Assembly (NCBI GenBank): GCA_964344485.1 | Contig: CAYFNF010000001.1 | Location: 122,115 to 186,114 of the forward strand | Source of the DNA: an uncultured Gammaproteobacteria bacterium | GTDB taxonomy: Bacteria > Patescibacteriota > Patescibacteriia > UBA9570 > XYC2-FULL-38-9 | Length of the DNA stretch: 64,000 nt | Direction of reading: 5' to 3' | Part shown: piece after piece, positions 8,689 to 19,077 of the stretch | Position numbering within the stretch: position 1 is the first letter of the stretch | Layout: each line of letters starts with the position of its first letter | Notes under the pieces: generated by a model | Databases searched by the model: none | What the model was told of the DNA's origin: nothing | The model's input: only the letters and a program-made list of their open reading frames with translations | Position numbers and translations under genes: made by a program

Positions 8689-10557
8689 ATGACACCAGAA
8701 CAAAAAAGTAAGAGTAAAACTCAGAAAAAGTCGCCAAAGTCGAAAAAGGCTGCTAACAGCAAGCGGACCAAGGCGACTCAAAAGAAGCAGAAAGGCAAGC
8801 CAAAGCGCGACCTTTCAAAGAAGTGGAAAAAAGCTTCAGGAGTACAAGGCAAGAAGAAAGGCCATAAAACTCAGAAGACTCCACGACACCAAACGTCTAA
8901 TAAATTACGTGTTGCTGTTATGGGCGGCGCAGAAGAGGTTGGACGAAACATGACCATGATTGAATATGGGAAGGATATTATCCTGATCGATTGTGGGCTG
9001 CAATTTCCAGAAGAGGAGATGCCGGGAATTGATTACATTATTCCGAACGTCTCCTACTTAAAGGGCAAGGAGAAGAATATCCGAGGAATTATCATAACGC
9101 ACGCGCATTATGATCATATCGGAGGCATTCCGCATCTTGCGCCAGTACTACATAATCCACCAATTTATTCTGCACGTTTGACACTTGGTATTATTGCTAA
9201 GCGGCAGGATGATTTTCCAGAATCACCAAAATTAGATCTGCGAGAGGTGGACATTGATGGGCAGTTACAGCTCGGAGATTTCATTGTTGAGTTTGTTCGA
9301 GTCAACCATAGTGTGCCGGATTCACTTGCAATCGTGGTACGGACTCCAGAAGGAATTGTGTTGCACACCGGTGATTTCAAGTTTGACTTAACACCGATCA
9401 ATGACCAAGTAACTGATTTTGCGAAGTTAGCTCAGATCGGACAAGAGGGAGTACTAGCGTTACTCGCAGACTCTACAAATGCTCCGAAAGAAGGACAGCA
9501 ACTCTCTGAGCAGCATATCGGAAAGACCTTAACTGAAATCATGGGCAAAGCAGAAGACCGTATCATTATTGGAACGTTTGCTTCGAATTTAAACCGTGTA
9601 CAGCAGATTATCTGGTCAGCTGAAGAGTTAGAGCGTTATGTGGTGCTGGAAGGGTACTCTATGAGAACGAATGTGGAGATCGCAAAAGAGCTTGGGTATT
9701 TGAAGGTGAATCCAAAGACTATTATCCCACCGCAAGAAGCAGTGAAGCTCCCCCCACATAAAGTAGTGATCATCGGAACTGGTGCGCAAGGTGAAGGTCG
9801 CGCATCCTTAATGCGTATTGCCACTGGAGAACACAAACACTTTAAGATAGAGAAGAATGATACTATTATCTTCTCCTCTTCGGTAATTCCAGGTAATGAA
9901 CGGTCAGTACAAGCACTGAAAGATACTCTTCTTCGAGAAGGTGCAAATGTAGTGCACTATCAGATGATGGACGTTCACGCTGGAGGTCACGCTCAAAAAG
10001 AAGATTTGAAGTTGCTGATTCGGTTGATCAATCCAAAGTACTACGTACCAATCGAAGGAAACCACCATTTGTTACATGACAACGCCTCTTGTGCCACTGA
10101 CCTTGGATGGCCTGATGAACAGATTTTCATCCCTGCGAATGGGCAGGTCATGACTTATGCGGGCGGAGAAGGAAAGCTCACTGAAGAGAAGCTGCCGGCA
10201 GATTATGTTATGGTTGATGGGCTGGGAGTCGGAGATGTTTCAGAGGTAGTGTTGCGTGATAGACAGTTGCTCGCAGAAGACGGTATGTTTGTGGTGATTG
10301 TAACTATTGATTCACACACTGGAGAGGTGGTAGGTTCACCAGACATCATCTCGCGTGGATTCATATATATGAAAGGGAATAAAGCTATGGTCGAAGATGC
10401 GCGCAAGAAAGTGAAGGAAATCGTACAGCCAGTCACTGAAGGAGAAGCGCAGAACGCCATGTATCTCAAGAATAAGATTCGTGATGAATTAGGACAGTTC
10501 TTATTCACTAAGATCCAGCGACGCCCAATGGTGTTGCCGGTTATTGTTGAAGTATAA
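8689..10557 (+). CDS. rnj: Ribonuclease J (beta-CASP metallo-beta-lactamase RNase) with a roughly 75-aa lysine-rich N-terminal extension
   Basis: HAHYDHIGG metallo-beta-lactamase motif and RNase J architecture. 622 aa. Confidence 0.85.
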   Translation: MTPEQKSKSKTQKKSPKSKKAANSKRTKATQKKQKGKPKRDLSKKWKKASGVQGKKKGHKTQKTPRHQTSNKLRVAVMGGAEEVGRNMTMIEYGKDIILIDCGLQFPEEEMPGIDYIIPNVSYLKGKEKNIRGIIITHAHYDHIGGIPHLAPVLHNPPIYSARLTLGIIAKRQDDFPESPKLDLREVDIDGQLQLGDFIVEFVRVNHSVPDSLAIVVRTPEGIVLHTGDFKFDLTPINDQVTDFAKLAQIGQEGVLALLADSTNAPKEGQQLSEQHIGKTLTEIMGKAEDRIIIGTFASNLNRVQQIIWSAEELERYVVLEGYSMRTNVEIAKELGYLKVNPKTIIPPQEAVKLPPHKVVIIGTGAQGEGRASLMRIATGEHKHFKIEKNDTIIFSSSVIPGNERSVQALKDTLLREGANVVHYQMMDVHAGGHAQKEDLKLLIRLINPKYYVPIEGNHHLLHDNASCATDLGWPDEQIFIPANGQVMTYAGGEGKLTEEKLPADYVMVDGLGVGDVSEVVLRDRQLLAEDGMFVVIVTIDSHTGEVVGSPDIISRGFIYMKGNKAMVEDARKKVKEIVQPVTEGEAQNAMYLKNKIRDELGQFLFTKIQRRPMVLPVIVEV

Positions 10558-10576
10558 GAAAACGTAATTCGTACTA

Positions 10577-10601
10577 CACGGGCTCTGTCAGCCCGTGTTT
10601 T
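10577..10601 (+). terminator. Rho-independent terminator after rnj
   Basis: cacgggc-tctgtca-gcccgtg followed by TTTT. Confidence 0.65.
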
Positions 10602-10704
10602 ACATTCGTAGTAAATAGCGACTGGATTTTTTTCAGGAATATTGTAGAATATAGGTAGTAGGCATATGCCGATTTATATAATTTATACAATAATTTAATT
10701 ATCT

Positions 10705-13700
10705 ATGATGATTACTATCACATGGAAGCAGTGGGTCCAGGCGTTTTGTGTTGGGCTCATTGGTTTAACGTGCATTGCGTTTTCCGCACATGCAGAAGAC
10801 ATTACCGCTGATGCTACGATTAGCGATGTTTCTTTTACGTCGACTTCGACTACACCTAGTGAGCCGACGACATTGACCATTTCATTTACCATTGCAGAAG
10901 AACTGGCAGAGCCAGAGCGGATCTATTTTCAGATTGAACCAACGGATTGTCAGGAAGATGATTCAGATAACTGTCGATATGATTTTTCTTCATTAACTGA
11001 TGGAGATCTTACTTTTAGCGGTCCAGGATCGTTAACAGTCGATCAAGCAAGTGAAGAAGGGAATTTCGAAGTACAGCTCTCGGAAAATCTATCAGCTGGA
11101 GCATATACTCTTTCTTTTAATGCAGTGAATCCGGCTGCAGAAGCTGCGCAGCGAATCCTTGCTCTGACTTCAACGTTTGACGGCTGTGAAGCAGAGACGC
11201 GATGTGGTACAGAAGATGAAGATGCGGTTGCAATCGGCACAGTATTAGTGACTGGAACTATTACGAACGGTGAAGGAATAGCTATTCAAACTCACGGGCA
11301 AGCACATGATGAGAGTTGGAGTCAGCAGGTGCACTTTAATTCAGGTCCGTATGGAAAGTATTGGATCTTCGGTGGCGGTTTTTCAAGCATCCAAGAGATG
11401 TATATTACGATCTATCCAGATCCAGAAGAGACTGGGGCTTCTACCCATACTGAGATCGTATCTTTAACCGGCGGAACCCCTGTAGTGCATAACTTCTCTC
11501 CTCCAGTAGCGAATAAGCATATTGTTGGATCTGTTACATATGAAAGCACTGGTGACCCTGTGACTGCTGTTTCATTGTATGTAAATAATGAAACCGGCGA
11601 CCATACAGGCGGTGATGTTGATGCAAATGGTGAGTTTGATATCTCCGTAAGCAGTGCTGGCCCACATGAGGTCTGTCTTTCGGATCATCATGAGTTGCAG
11701 ACGGATTGGTATACAGATAATTGGGAAGCCCGATGCAATACAGTTCAATTCACGGATGATGATTCAGAAGAGAGCGAGACTGTTAATTTTAAAGTAAAGA
11801 AAGCTGATGCGATGATCGTTGGAACAGTCTCTCCAACCCCATCTGAAGGTGGATGGATCTCTTTCTCAGCAGATGACCATTGGTTTGGTGGAAATGTCAG
11901 TGATACTGACGGTACATTTTCTGTAGCTGTTGTTGGAGGTGATACAACGATTTCAGCGACCACCTTGTTCGCTACTGCGGTATCAAGTACTGAGTATACC
12001 GTTTCGTATGAGGGATATGGAGATGATGATAACTACTATTTAAAAGCAGATCCTGTCACTGTTTCTGCAGGGGAGACCGTAGATGTTGGCACGCTAGCAT
12101 TAACAGAGAAAGACGTGACACTGACTATAACTGCCACTGATGGAGCAAAGCCAATTTCAGGAATGGATGTGAATGCATGGCAGCATAATGGAGGGTGGAC
12201 CAATGAACAAACAGATGATTCCGGTGTTGCAGTGTTAAAGCTATATGAAGGAACATGGTGGGTAGAGCCGTCTACGCATGACATGACACAATATACTAAT
12301 GAGGAAGGTGCATATGAGGTATCGGTGGTATCTGGAGATACTGGTACACATACGTTCACTCTAACTGCCACTACTCTTTCAGTAAATATTAGTTTGCAAG
12401 ACAGTGAGGGCGCTCTGTTGAATACGCTGCATGGATGGGCAGGATGTTGGGAGCCAGAGTCTCATCACGGAGGAATCGGTGGAAGTATTGATAACGGCGT
12501 AGCAACATTTGGTGCAGTTGCCGGCGACTATACTTGTAACGTGTGGGTCTCTGAGAACAGTCCATATCAATCAACCGGAGACCAGAACGTGACGTTTGTT
12601 GACGGAGAGGATGCGACCCTTCCATTTACTATGGTAGAGCGAACGTCAACATTGGTTGCGAACGTAAAAACTACTGATAATGAACTGGTGACAGACTCGG
12701 ATATGTACGTGTTTGCAGCAGGAACCACTGGTAGTTGGTCAGATGAAATTATTGGAGACGATGGGCAAGCAACGCTACTGCTCGCTCCTGGAACGTATCA
12801 TGTGGGTGTTCATAATCCTCACAAAGGAGGGGGAGGATTGACTGACTACATTCCATTAACTCAGTGGAATAGTGACCTTCAACTATTAGATGGAGAAGCA
12901 GTGAATACTACTGTGACCGTAGAAAGAGTTAATGCAACGGTAACCGCTACATTGACTGATCCTGATGGCAATCCAGTCGATTGGGCGCATGTAGGATGCG
13001 GCAACTGGCAGGAGATGGAAGGTGTAGTTCTAGCTGATACTGAAGGAGCGCGTGTTATTGAAAACTGGGCCCAGACCGGTTCAGATGGAGTAGCTGTTGT
13101 CGGGTTAGTGACTGGGCATGAGTATGAGTGCTGGGCCGGAGCGAGCAGTGATTCAGGATTTCTTAGCCCCGAGTCCCAACAAGCAAAATTACTTAACAAG
13201 GCTAATATCGATCTAACATTTCCATTCAGAGAAGCGGACGCCACTATCGAAGGAACAGTCAATGCACCCGGAGATGCTGAAGATTCAATCAGTGATCTCT
13301 GGTGTAATGCTTGGAGTGAGTCTGGTGCACATAGTCACAGCGGAAGTCATAATAAAGAGTTCTCGTTAAATGCCATTAAAGGCGACACATGGGGCATCTG
13401 GTGTGATGGATTTACTACTGCTGAAGATGGAACGCGCACGTGGTATCATTCAGAGGAAGATGAGAAGGTGGAGTTAAAGAAAGCCGGAGCGTCCACAGGG
13501 CATGAAGTGAAGTTAGTGGAGTCATGGTGGAATGCGTATGAAGGTGGAAGTTATACAGGTGACGGAACACAAGCAACAACTATTATTTTGCCAGATGGTG
13601 CAGAGCTATACATTCCGGCAAATGCGATTGTTAGCAGCGGAAATGAAACCATTACCTATGATCCAGTGTTCCATGCGTATCATTCATTTCAAGATTCACC

Positions 13701-14295
13701 GTTCGGTGTTCCATGGAATTTTGAAGCGTACGACGCCAATAATGTTCTTGTATCAGGCGACTTCAACTCTGCAGTTACATTGACCATTCCATATCGAGAG
13801 GAGGATCTGACAAAGATGGGTATTAATGAGGACAATGTTTTACCGAAAATCTATAATCCAGAGTCTGGTACCTGGGAGACGGTAGATAATGTGGCACAGA
13901 ATGAGGAGGCAAACACGATTACCTTTACTCTTTCGCACTTCTCCCAAGTTGGATTGGTCTATAACAAGCAGCGCGTTGGAACTGACTATAGCCCAGCGAA
14001 AAAGGTGAAGAAATTGAAGGTGAAAAAGAAGCTCCGCAAGAAGAAGCGAGTGACCGTGACCTGGAAACGTCACAAGTATCGAACGATCCTAAAGATCCAG
14101 AAGTGGAATAAGAAAAAGAAGAAGTACAAAAAGTTCAGAACTATTCGTGTGAAGAAAAACAAGAAGAAACGAATTGTGAGAAAATTGAAAGCAGGGACCA
14201 AGTATAGAGTCAAAGCGCGAAAGAGACGAACCGTGGATGGAGAGTACTACTTCAGTAATTGGACTAAGTGGGTGAAATTCAAGACTGCGGAGTAA
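10705..14295 (+). CDS. Large secreted or surface protein (1196 aa), Thr/Gly/Asp-rich, with a C-terminal lysine-rich fibronectin-III-like domain
   Basis: Signal peptide MMITITWKQWVQAFCVGLIGLTCIAFSAHA. C-terminus reads KRVTVTWKRH...KYRVKARKRRTVDGEYYFSNWTKWVKFKT. Confidence 0.7.
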   Translation: MMITITWKQWVQAFCVGLIGLTCIAFSAHAEDITADATISDVSFTSTSTTPSEPTTLTISFTIAEELAEPERIYFQIEPTDCQEDDSDNCRYDFSSLTDGDLTFSGPGSLTVDQASEEGNFEVQLSENLSAGAYTLSFNAVNPAAEAAQRILALTSTFDGCEAETRCGTEDEDAVAIGTVLVTGTITNGEGIAIQTHGQAHDESWSQQVHFNSGPYGKYWIFGGGFSSIQEMYITIYPDPEETGASTHTEIVSLTGGTPVVHNFSPPVANKHIVGSVTYESTGDPVTAVSLYVNNETGDHTGGDVDANGEFDISVSSAGPHEVCLSDHHELQTDWYTDNWEARCNTVQFTDDDSEESETVNFKVKKADAMIVGTVSPTPSEGGWISFSADDHWFGGNVSDTDGTFSVAVVGGDTTISATTLFATAVSSTEYTVSYEGYGDDDNYYLKADPVTVSAGETVDVGTLALTEKDVTLTITATDGAKPISGMDVNAWQHNGGWTNEQTDDSGVAVLKLYEGTWWVEPSTHDMTQYTNEEGAYEVSVVSGDTGTHTFTLTATTLSVNISLQDSEGALLNTLHGWAGCWEPESHHGGIGGSIDNGVATFGAVAGDYTCNVWVSENSPYQSTGDQNVTFVDGEDATLPFTMVERTSTLVANVKTTDNELVTDSDMYVFAAGTTGSWSDEIIGDDGQATLLLAPGTYHVGVHNPHKGGGGLTDYIPLTQWNSDLQLLDGEAVNTTVTVERVNATVTATLTDPDGNPVDWAHVGCGNWQEMEGVVLADTEGARVIENWAQTGSDGVAVVGLVTGHEYECWAGASSDSGFLSPESQQAKLLNKANIDLTFPFREADATIEGTVNAPGDAEDSISDLWCNAWSESGAHSHSGSHNKEFSLNAIKGDTWGIWCDGFTTAEDGTRTWYHSEEDEKVELKKAGASTGHEVKLVESWWNAYEGGSYTGDGTQATTIILPDGAELYIPANAIVSSGNETITYDPVFHAYHSFQDSPFGVPWNFEAYDANNVLVSGDFNSAVTLTIPYREEDLTKMGINEDNVLPKIYNPESGTWETVDNVAQNEEANTITFTLSHFSQVGLVYNKQRVGTDYSPAKKVKKLKVKKKLRKKKRVTVTWKRHKYRTILKIQKWNKKKKKYKKFRTIRVKKNKKKRIVRKLKAGTKYRVKARKRRTVDGEYYFSNWTKWVKFKTAE

Positions 14296-14357
14296 TATGC
14301 TGAGCTAGCATAGGCCGCCTCCTTGTGGGGCGGTCTTTCTTATGGTACAATCGCACC

Positions 14358-15341
14358 ATGAAACAACGAGTATTATCAGGAATTCAACCGTCCGGGGAGC
14401 TCCATTTAGGGAACTACCTTGGGGCGATTCAGCAGTGGATTGATATGCAGAAGAAGCATGAGAGTTTGTTTTGTATTGTTGATCTGCATGCAATAACAGT
14501 TCGGCAGGATGCAGAGGCACTCCGCGAGAACGTTCGACGCGTGGCTGCTTCGTATATTGCGTGCGGCGTGGATCCAGTGAAGTCAGCGATCTTCGTTCAG
14601 TCTCACGTGCATGAGCACACCGAGCTTGCATGGGTGCTTGGGACCTTTACTATGATGGGAGAGCTACAGCGCATGACGCAGTACAAAGATAAGTTAGCAC
14701 GCAAAAAAGAAGACAATTCTGGTTTGTTTACCTACCCAGTGTTAATGGCTGCAGATATTTTGCTCTATCAGGCAACCATCATTCCAGTAGGCGATGATCA
14801 AAAACAGCATATTGAGTTAACTCGCAACATTGCTGAACGTTTCAATAACCACTATAAACAAGATATCTTTACACTACCTGAAGGGATGTTTCCAAAGACT
14901 GGTGCTCGAATTATGGGGCTAGATGATCCAACAGTAAAGATGTCGAAAGGCGCGAATAGCACGATGAATTATATCTCTTTCTTAGATGAGCCTGATGTGG
15001 TACGCAAGAAAATCATGAAAGCTGTCACTGACTCTGGAGATGAGATTGTTGCGAGCGATGATAAACCTGCGGTCAAGAATTTGCTCACGATCTATAGCAT
15101 GTTGAGCGGTAAGAGTATTTCAGCACTTGAAAAAGAGTATTCTGGCAAAGGATACGGGGATTTCAAAACAGATCTTGCTGATGTTACTGTAGAGTGGTTG
15201 GCGCCAATTCAAGAACGCATTAATGAGCTACTACAAGATCCAGCGGAGCTAGATTCAGTGCTTCAGTCTGGCAAAGACCGGGCACAAGCGATTGCCGCAG
15301 AGACACTACAAAAAGTATATACTGCAGTTGGTTTACTATGA
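14358..15341 (+). CDS. trpS: Tryptophan--tRNA ligase
   Basis: SGIQPSGELHLGNYLGA (HIGH-type motif) and KMSKGANS (KMSKS motif). Confidence 0.9.
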   Translation: MKQRVLSGIQPSGELHLGNYLGAIQQWIDMQKKHESLFCIVDLHAITVRQDAEALRENVRRVAASYIACGVDPVKSAIFVQSHVHEHTELAWVLGTFTMMGELQRMTQYKDKLARKKEDNSGLFTYPVLMAADILLYQATIIPVGDDQKQHIELTRNIAERFNNHYKQDIFTLPEGMFPKTGARIMGLDDPTVKMSKGANSTMNYISFLDEPDVVRKKIMKAVTDSGDEIVASDDKPAVKNLLTIYSMLSGKSISALEKEYSGKGYGDFKTDLADVTVEWLAPIQERINELLQDPAELDSVLQSGKDRAQAIAAETLQKVYTAVGLL

Positions 15342-16369
15342 TGGATTTCTTCTCAACCATGACATCAGATGAATGGATATGGCCGATCGGCGCTGTACTT
15401 GCTGGTGTGGTTATTGGGTATGTCGCAGAAAAAATAGTATTAGCGAGCTTGAAAAAAGCTGCACTGAAGACAAAGTGGCAAGGGGACGAGATTATCATTC
15501 GGTCATTTAAGTACGTAACGTTTTTACTGTTTGTTATTCTGGGGCTGTATATTGCTGCGCGTCATACTCAGGTCATTGATAATTATATAAATCAGGTGTT
15601 AATCATCGCGGTCGTAGTGCTTGCCACGTGGACGTTGAATCGCATTGGCACAGGCTTTGTCGCATTGTATACAAATAAACAGGATCCACACGCTGCATCC
15701 TCATCTATCCTGAAGCACATTGTGCAGTTTGTGATACTTGGTCTCGGAGTATTAATCATTCTGCAGTCACTTGGTATTTCGGTGACGCCAATGCTCACTG
15801 CAGCGGGAATTGGTGGTGTGGCGATTGCACTTGGCTTGCAGTCTACTCTGTCGAACGTCTTTACTGGGGTGCAGCTTGTTGCATCCAAAAAGATCCAACC
15901 CGGAAATTACATAGAAATTCAGTCCGGAGAGCGGGGATACGTGCATGACATCACATGGCGATATACTACTATTAAAACGTTGGGGAATAACTTGGTGATT
16001 GTTCCAAATACTGAGATGGCAACAGCAGTAGTGAAGAACTACTCGCAACCGGGGAGTGATTTAACTGTGCGTGTGAGCGTTGGAGTGAGTTACGACAGCG
16101 ACCTAGATCATGTGGAGAGAGTGACGCGTGAAGTGGCGATCGAAGCTATGAAAGATCAAAATGCGGTGAAAGATATTGACCCTACGATTCGTTTTCACAC
16201 ATTCAATGATTCCAGCATTGATCTCACGGTTGCTATGCGTACTAGAAAGTTTCGTGAGCAGTATGCATTAAAGCATGAATTTATTAAACGATTACATAAA
16301 CGGTATCAAGCAGAGGGTATTGAGATTCCGTATCCGATTCAAGTCGTAGAGTTAGATAAAAAAGAGTAG
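15338..16369 (+). CDS. Mechanosensitive ion channel, MscS family
   Basis: Several TM helices followed by an MscS beta-domain-like region. The ATGA overlap with trpS indicates translational coupling. Confidence 0.7.
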   Translation: MMDFFSTMTSDEWIWPIGAVLAGVVIGYVAEKIVLASLKKAALKTKWQGDEIIIRSFKYVTFLLFVILGLYIAARHTQVIDNYINQVLIIAVVVLATWTLNRIGTGFVALYTNKQDPHAASSSILKHIVQFVILGLGVLIILQSLGISVTPMLTAAGIGGVAIALGLQSTLSNVFTGVQLVASKKIQPGNYIEIQSGERGYVHDITWRYTTIKTLGNNLVIVPNTEMATAVVKNYSQPGSDLTVRVSVGVSYDSDLDHVERVTREVAIEAMKDQNAVKDIDPTIRFHTFNDSSIDLTVAMRTRKFREQYALKHEFIKRLHKRYQAEGIEIPYPIQVVELDKKE

Positions 16370-16405
16370 CGTTGTGCAGTGACTGCAGCGCAACTGAGCT
16401 AGCGA

Positions 16406-17722
16406 TTATGCTAGTTTTTTGATTGCTTCTTGGAATTGATCGCCGCGGTCCTCGAAGTTCTTAAATACCGAGTAGCTTGGAGACGCACAAGAGAGCAAGC
16501 AGACTTCTCCTGGTGGTGTATGGGTGTAAGCAAAACGTACTGCCTCTTCCATGGAAGAAGTCTCTAGCACTTGTTGCGGCAGGTATTTTTGCGCTTGGAG
16601 TGCGTTGCGGATCTGCTTCCCTGTATCAGGAAAGAGAATAATATTTTGAATTTCGAGCTCTTTAATTTTTTCAGCAAGTGTAGAGAAGTCATATCCACGA
16701 TCTTGTCCGCCCAGTAAGAGTGTACTAACATTCGGCACAGCTTCTAGTGCAGCAAGTGTTGATTCCGGAGATGTTGAGATGGCGTCATCGATGAAAGTGA
16801 TCTCTTGAAATGTCCCCACGGTTTCTAGCCGATGTGAGAGTGGCGCAAACGTTTTTAATCCCTGAGCAAGTGAATCCACTGGAACATCAAGCGCGATTGC
16901 AAGAGTACATGCAGCTATAGCATTCATAGTGTTATGCGCACCGATCAACGGAAGATCTTCAAGATCAATAATATGTCGGTCAGTATAGTAGAGCGCAGAG
17001 CGTAATTCTTGTACTGAATGTGTAGACGGAAATGCATGCTTTTGGGCAGCAGTTTCTTGTACAAGTTCGTGCAGCTCTTCATCTTGAGAATTGTAATAGA
17101 CGTGTTGTTCTGCTGTTTGCGTGGTGGTAATACAGAGTTTGTCAGCATAGTACTGTTCAACTGATCCGTGATAATCGATATGTTCAGGGAATAAGCTGAG
17201 TAGTACAGCGTACTCCGGGCCTTGCTGCAGGCGACTTGTTTGATAGCTAGACATTTCAAACACGAATACTGTTTCATCTGTGTATGGTTGAAGCAGCTCA
17301 TCTAACGCCGGTGTTCCGATGTTCCCAACTAACCGTGCGTCACGCTCTGCAGTCACCAGCAGATGGTGTAGTAGTGCACTGGTGGTGCTCTTTCCCTTGG
17401 ATCCGGTGATACCTACGACCACGCCCGTACACTCTTCTAGAAATATATTCGTTGCAGTCCAGATCTCTTTTGCTGTTTTAAGCAAGGTTGTAGACGGAGG
17501 GATACCTGGGGAGACTACTGTCACATCCCAGCTTTTCAAAGAGTCAGGATAGTCGTCCCCGTATAGTTTCTTTGCTGTCCCGACATCACCTTCTACTTCT
17601 TCTATATCTGCTATGGTACAGGAGACTCCAGGATATCGAGTCGTCAAATACCGTGCTGTCGCTTGTCCCTCGCGCCCAGCACCGAGAATGAGATATGATC
17701 TTTTACTGTAGCTTTTTTTCAT
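16406..17722 (-). CDS. murD: UDP-N-acetylmuramoylalanine--D-glutamate ligase
   Basis: N-terminus LILGAGREGQATARYL and the Mur ligase P-loop GITGSKGKSTT. 438 aa. Confidence 0.85.
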   Translation of the reverse strand: MKKSYSKRSYLILGAGREGQATARYLTTRYPGVSCTIADIEEVEGDVGTAKKLYGDDYPDSLKSWDVTVVSPGIPPSTTLLKTAKEIWTATNIFLEECTGVVVGITGSKGKSTTSALLHHLLVTAERDARLVGNIGTPALDELLQPYTDETVFVFEMSSYQTSRLQQGPEYAVLLSLFPEHIDYHGSVEQYYADKLCITTTQTAEQHVYYNSQDEELHELVQETAAQKHAFPSTHSVQELRSALYYTDRHIIDLEDLPLIGAHNTMNAIAACTLAIALDVPVDSLAQGLKTFAPLSHRLETVGTFQEITFIDDAISTSPESTLAALEAVPNVSTLLLGGQDRGYDFSTLAEKIKELEIQNIILFPDTGKQIRNALQAQKYLPQQVLETSSMEEAVRFAYTHTPPGEVCLLSCASPSYSVFKNFEDRGDQFQEAIKKLA

Positions 17723-19053
17723 AGTTGGTCGATTTGAGAAAGGTATGTTTGGAACTGCTGTGGTATCGCGTGTTCATCCGATACTGAGAATACTTCTTTT
17801 TTTAGAGCATGCATACGATCTTCTACAGTAGGATAGATATCATCAGAGAAATACTTCATTATAATATCTGATTCATACTCTCCCTGTTTCTTTATCAGAG
17901 CAAATGCCACAATCATCTCCTCGGGTGTTCCTACACACTCAAATGGCTTCTGTTCACCAAACCCAAATAATTGTTGATACAGTGGAAATAACGTTTCGTC
18001 ATTAATCAAATTCTTGTTGAATATTTTTACTATATTCTCCTTCGGAATGAACGGGGCTAGGACCGAAAACACAAATGCGCACTTTGGGCAGTGTCCGCAC
18101 CACGCCTGCTTTGCTTTTTTGGTTATAGAGAAATTTGCATTACAGCTAGTCGTGAGAGGATGCCATTTTGTTTTTTGTGAAAAGATTTCAGCAATGCGGA
18201 TTTCATATAACGGTCGTAATAAACTGAAGTAGGTGATATCAGGAGTGATGTAGTCCCGGACGTACGTTTGAAATAACTGTTCGAATTGAAAGCTCTTACT
18301 CCATTGATGGTTTACTTCGGTTCCTAGGTGCTGGACATTCCCATAGTTGGAGCTGCGTTCATTCGAGACAATAATGTATGGATTCCCAGTAGCTGCAGCC
18401 TGAAAGAGTGCAGTAAATGCGTAGATCATGGATATGGGGACGTGCCCATCATAGACACCGTCACTATTCAGCTTCAGCAGCTCTGGAGAGATTTCTCGAT
18501 TAATGCAATGGTGTTTATTCTTTATTTTTCGAACTTGTTTATTAATAATACTATAGGAGTTCAGACTATACGTTTCAAACGGTTGATCCATCTGTTGTAA
18601 CAGATGAACTGAGACTAGCGAGTCTTTCCCTCCGCCGAGCGGTATGAGTGATGGGCCCGGCGTTTCAATGGTGTACGGATTTGCTCGAGCGTTCTTATGG
18701 AATGGGAACTTCACTAATTCGCGAAAGTCAATGTCGTTCGTATAGTAAAACTCTCCAAGTCCTTGGGTATACACTAACTCCCAGAACAGCGCTTGTCGTT
18801 TATCCAGCTGCCCTGATTCAATTTCAATCTGTGGTGGACAGTACGCTTTCCAATAGCTAATACCTAGCGCTATGTGCAGGTTAAACAATAGATGATGCAA
18901 CGCTCCCTCATGAATTGTGTTGGTCATGTGTTTGAGCTTCAGTGTTTCTACAAACTCTGGGCCGTGTTCATATTCATAATAAAACCGCGCCGTAGAATGA
19001 CGTTCATCAAAATCGTATCGTTTGAAGATGAAGGTGTCTGGTCGAAGTGCCAT
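17719..19053 (-). CDS. Two-domain protein: an N-terminal domain of unknown function plus a QueC-like PP-loop ATP pyrophosphatase domain
   Basis: PP-loop GGGKDSLVS. QueC-like SNERSSNYGN and C-terminal TSC...WCGHCPKCA Cys cluster. Its stop overlaps the murD start (ATGA). Confidence 0.55.
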   Translation of the reverse strand: MALRPDTFIFKRYDFDERHSTARFYYEYEHGPEFVETLKLKHMTNTIHEGALHHLLFNLHIALGISYWKAYCPPQIEIESGQLDKRQALFWELVYTQGLGEFYYTNDIDFRELVKFPFHKNARANPYTIETPGPSLIPLGGGKDSLVSVHLLQQMDQPFETYSLNSYSIINKQVRKIKNKHHCINREISPELLKLNSDGVYDGHVPISMIYAFTALFQAAATGNPYIIVSNERSSNYGNVQHLGTEVNHQWSKSFQFEQLFQTYVRDYITPDITYFSLLRPLYEIRIAEIFSQKTKWHPLTTSCNANFSITKKAKQAWCGHCPKCAFVFSVLAPFIPKENIVKIFNKNLINDETLFPLYQQLFGFGEQKPFECVGTPEEMIVAFALIKKQGEYESDIIMKYFSDDIYPTVEDRMHALKKEVFSVSDEHAIPQQFQTYLSQIDQL

Positions 19054-19077
19054 AAGGTGTTCAGTTGGTCGCGACTC

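Noticed and set aside
14296-14357. Possible T-box leader upstream of trpS
   Set aside because: The intergenic region is only about 60 nt, far too short for a T-box riboswitch. It contains only a small hairpin and a -10-like TACAAT.
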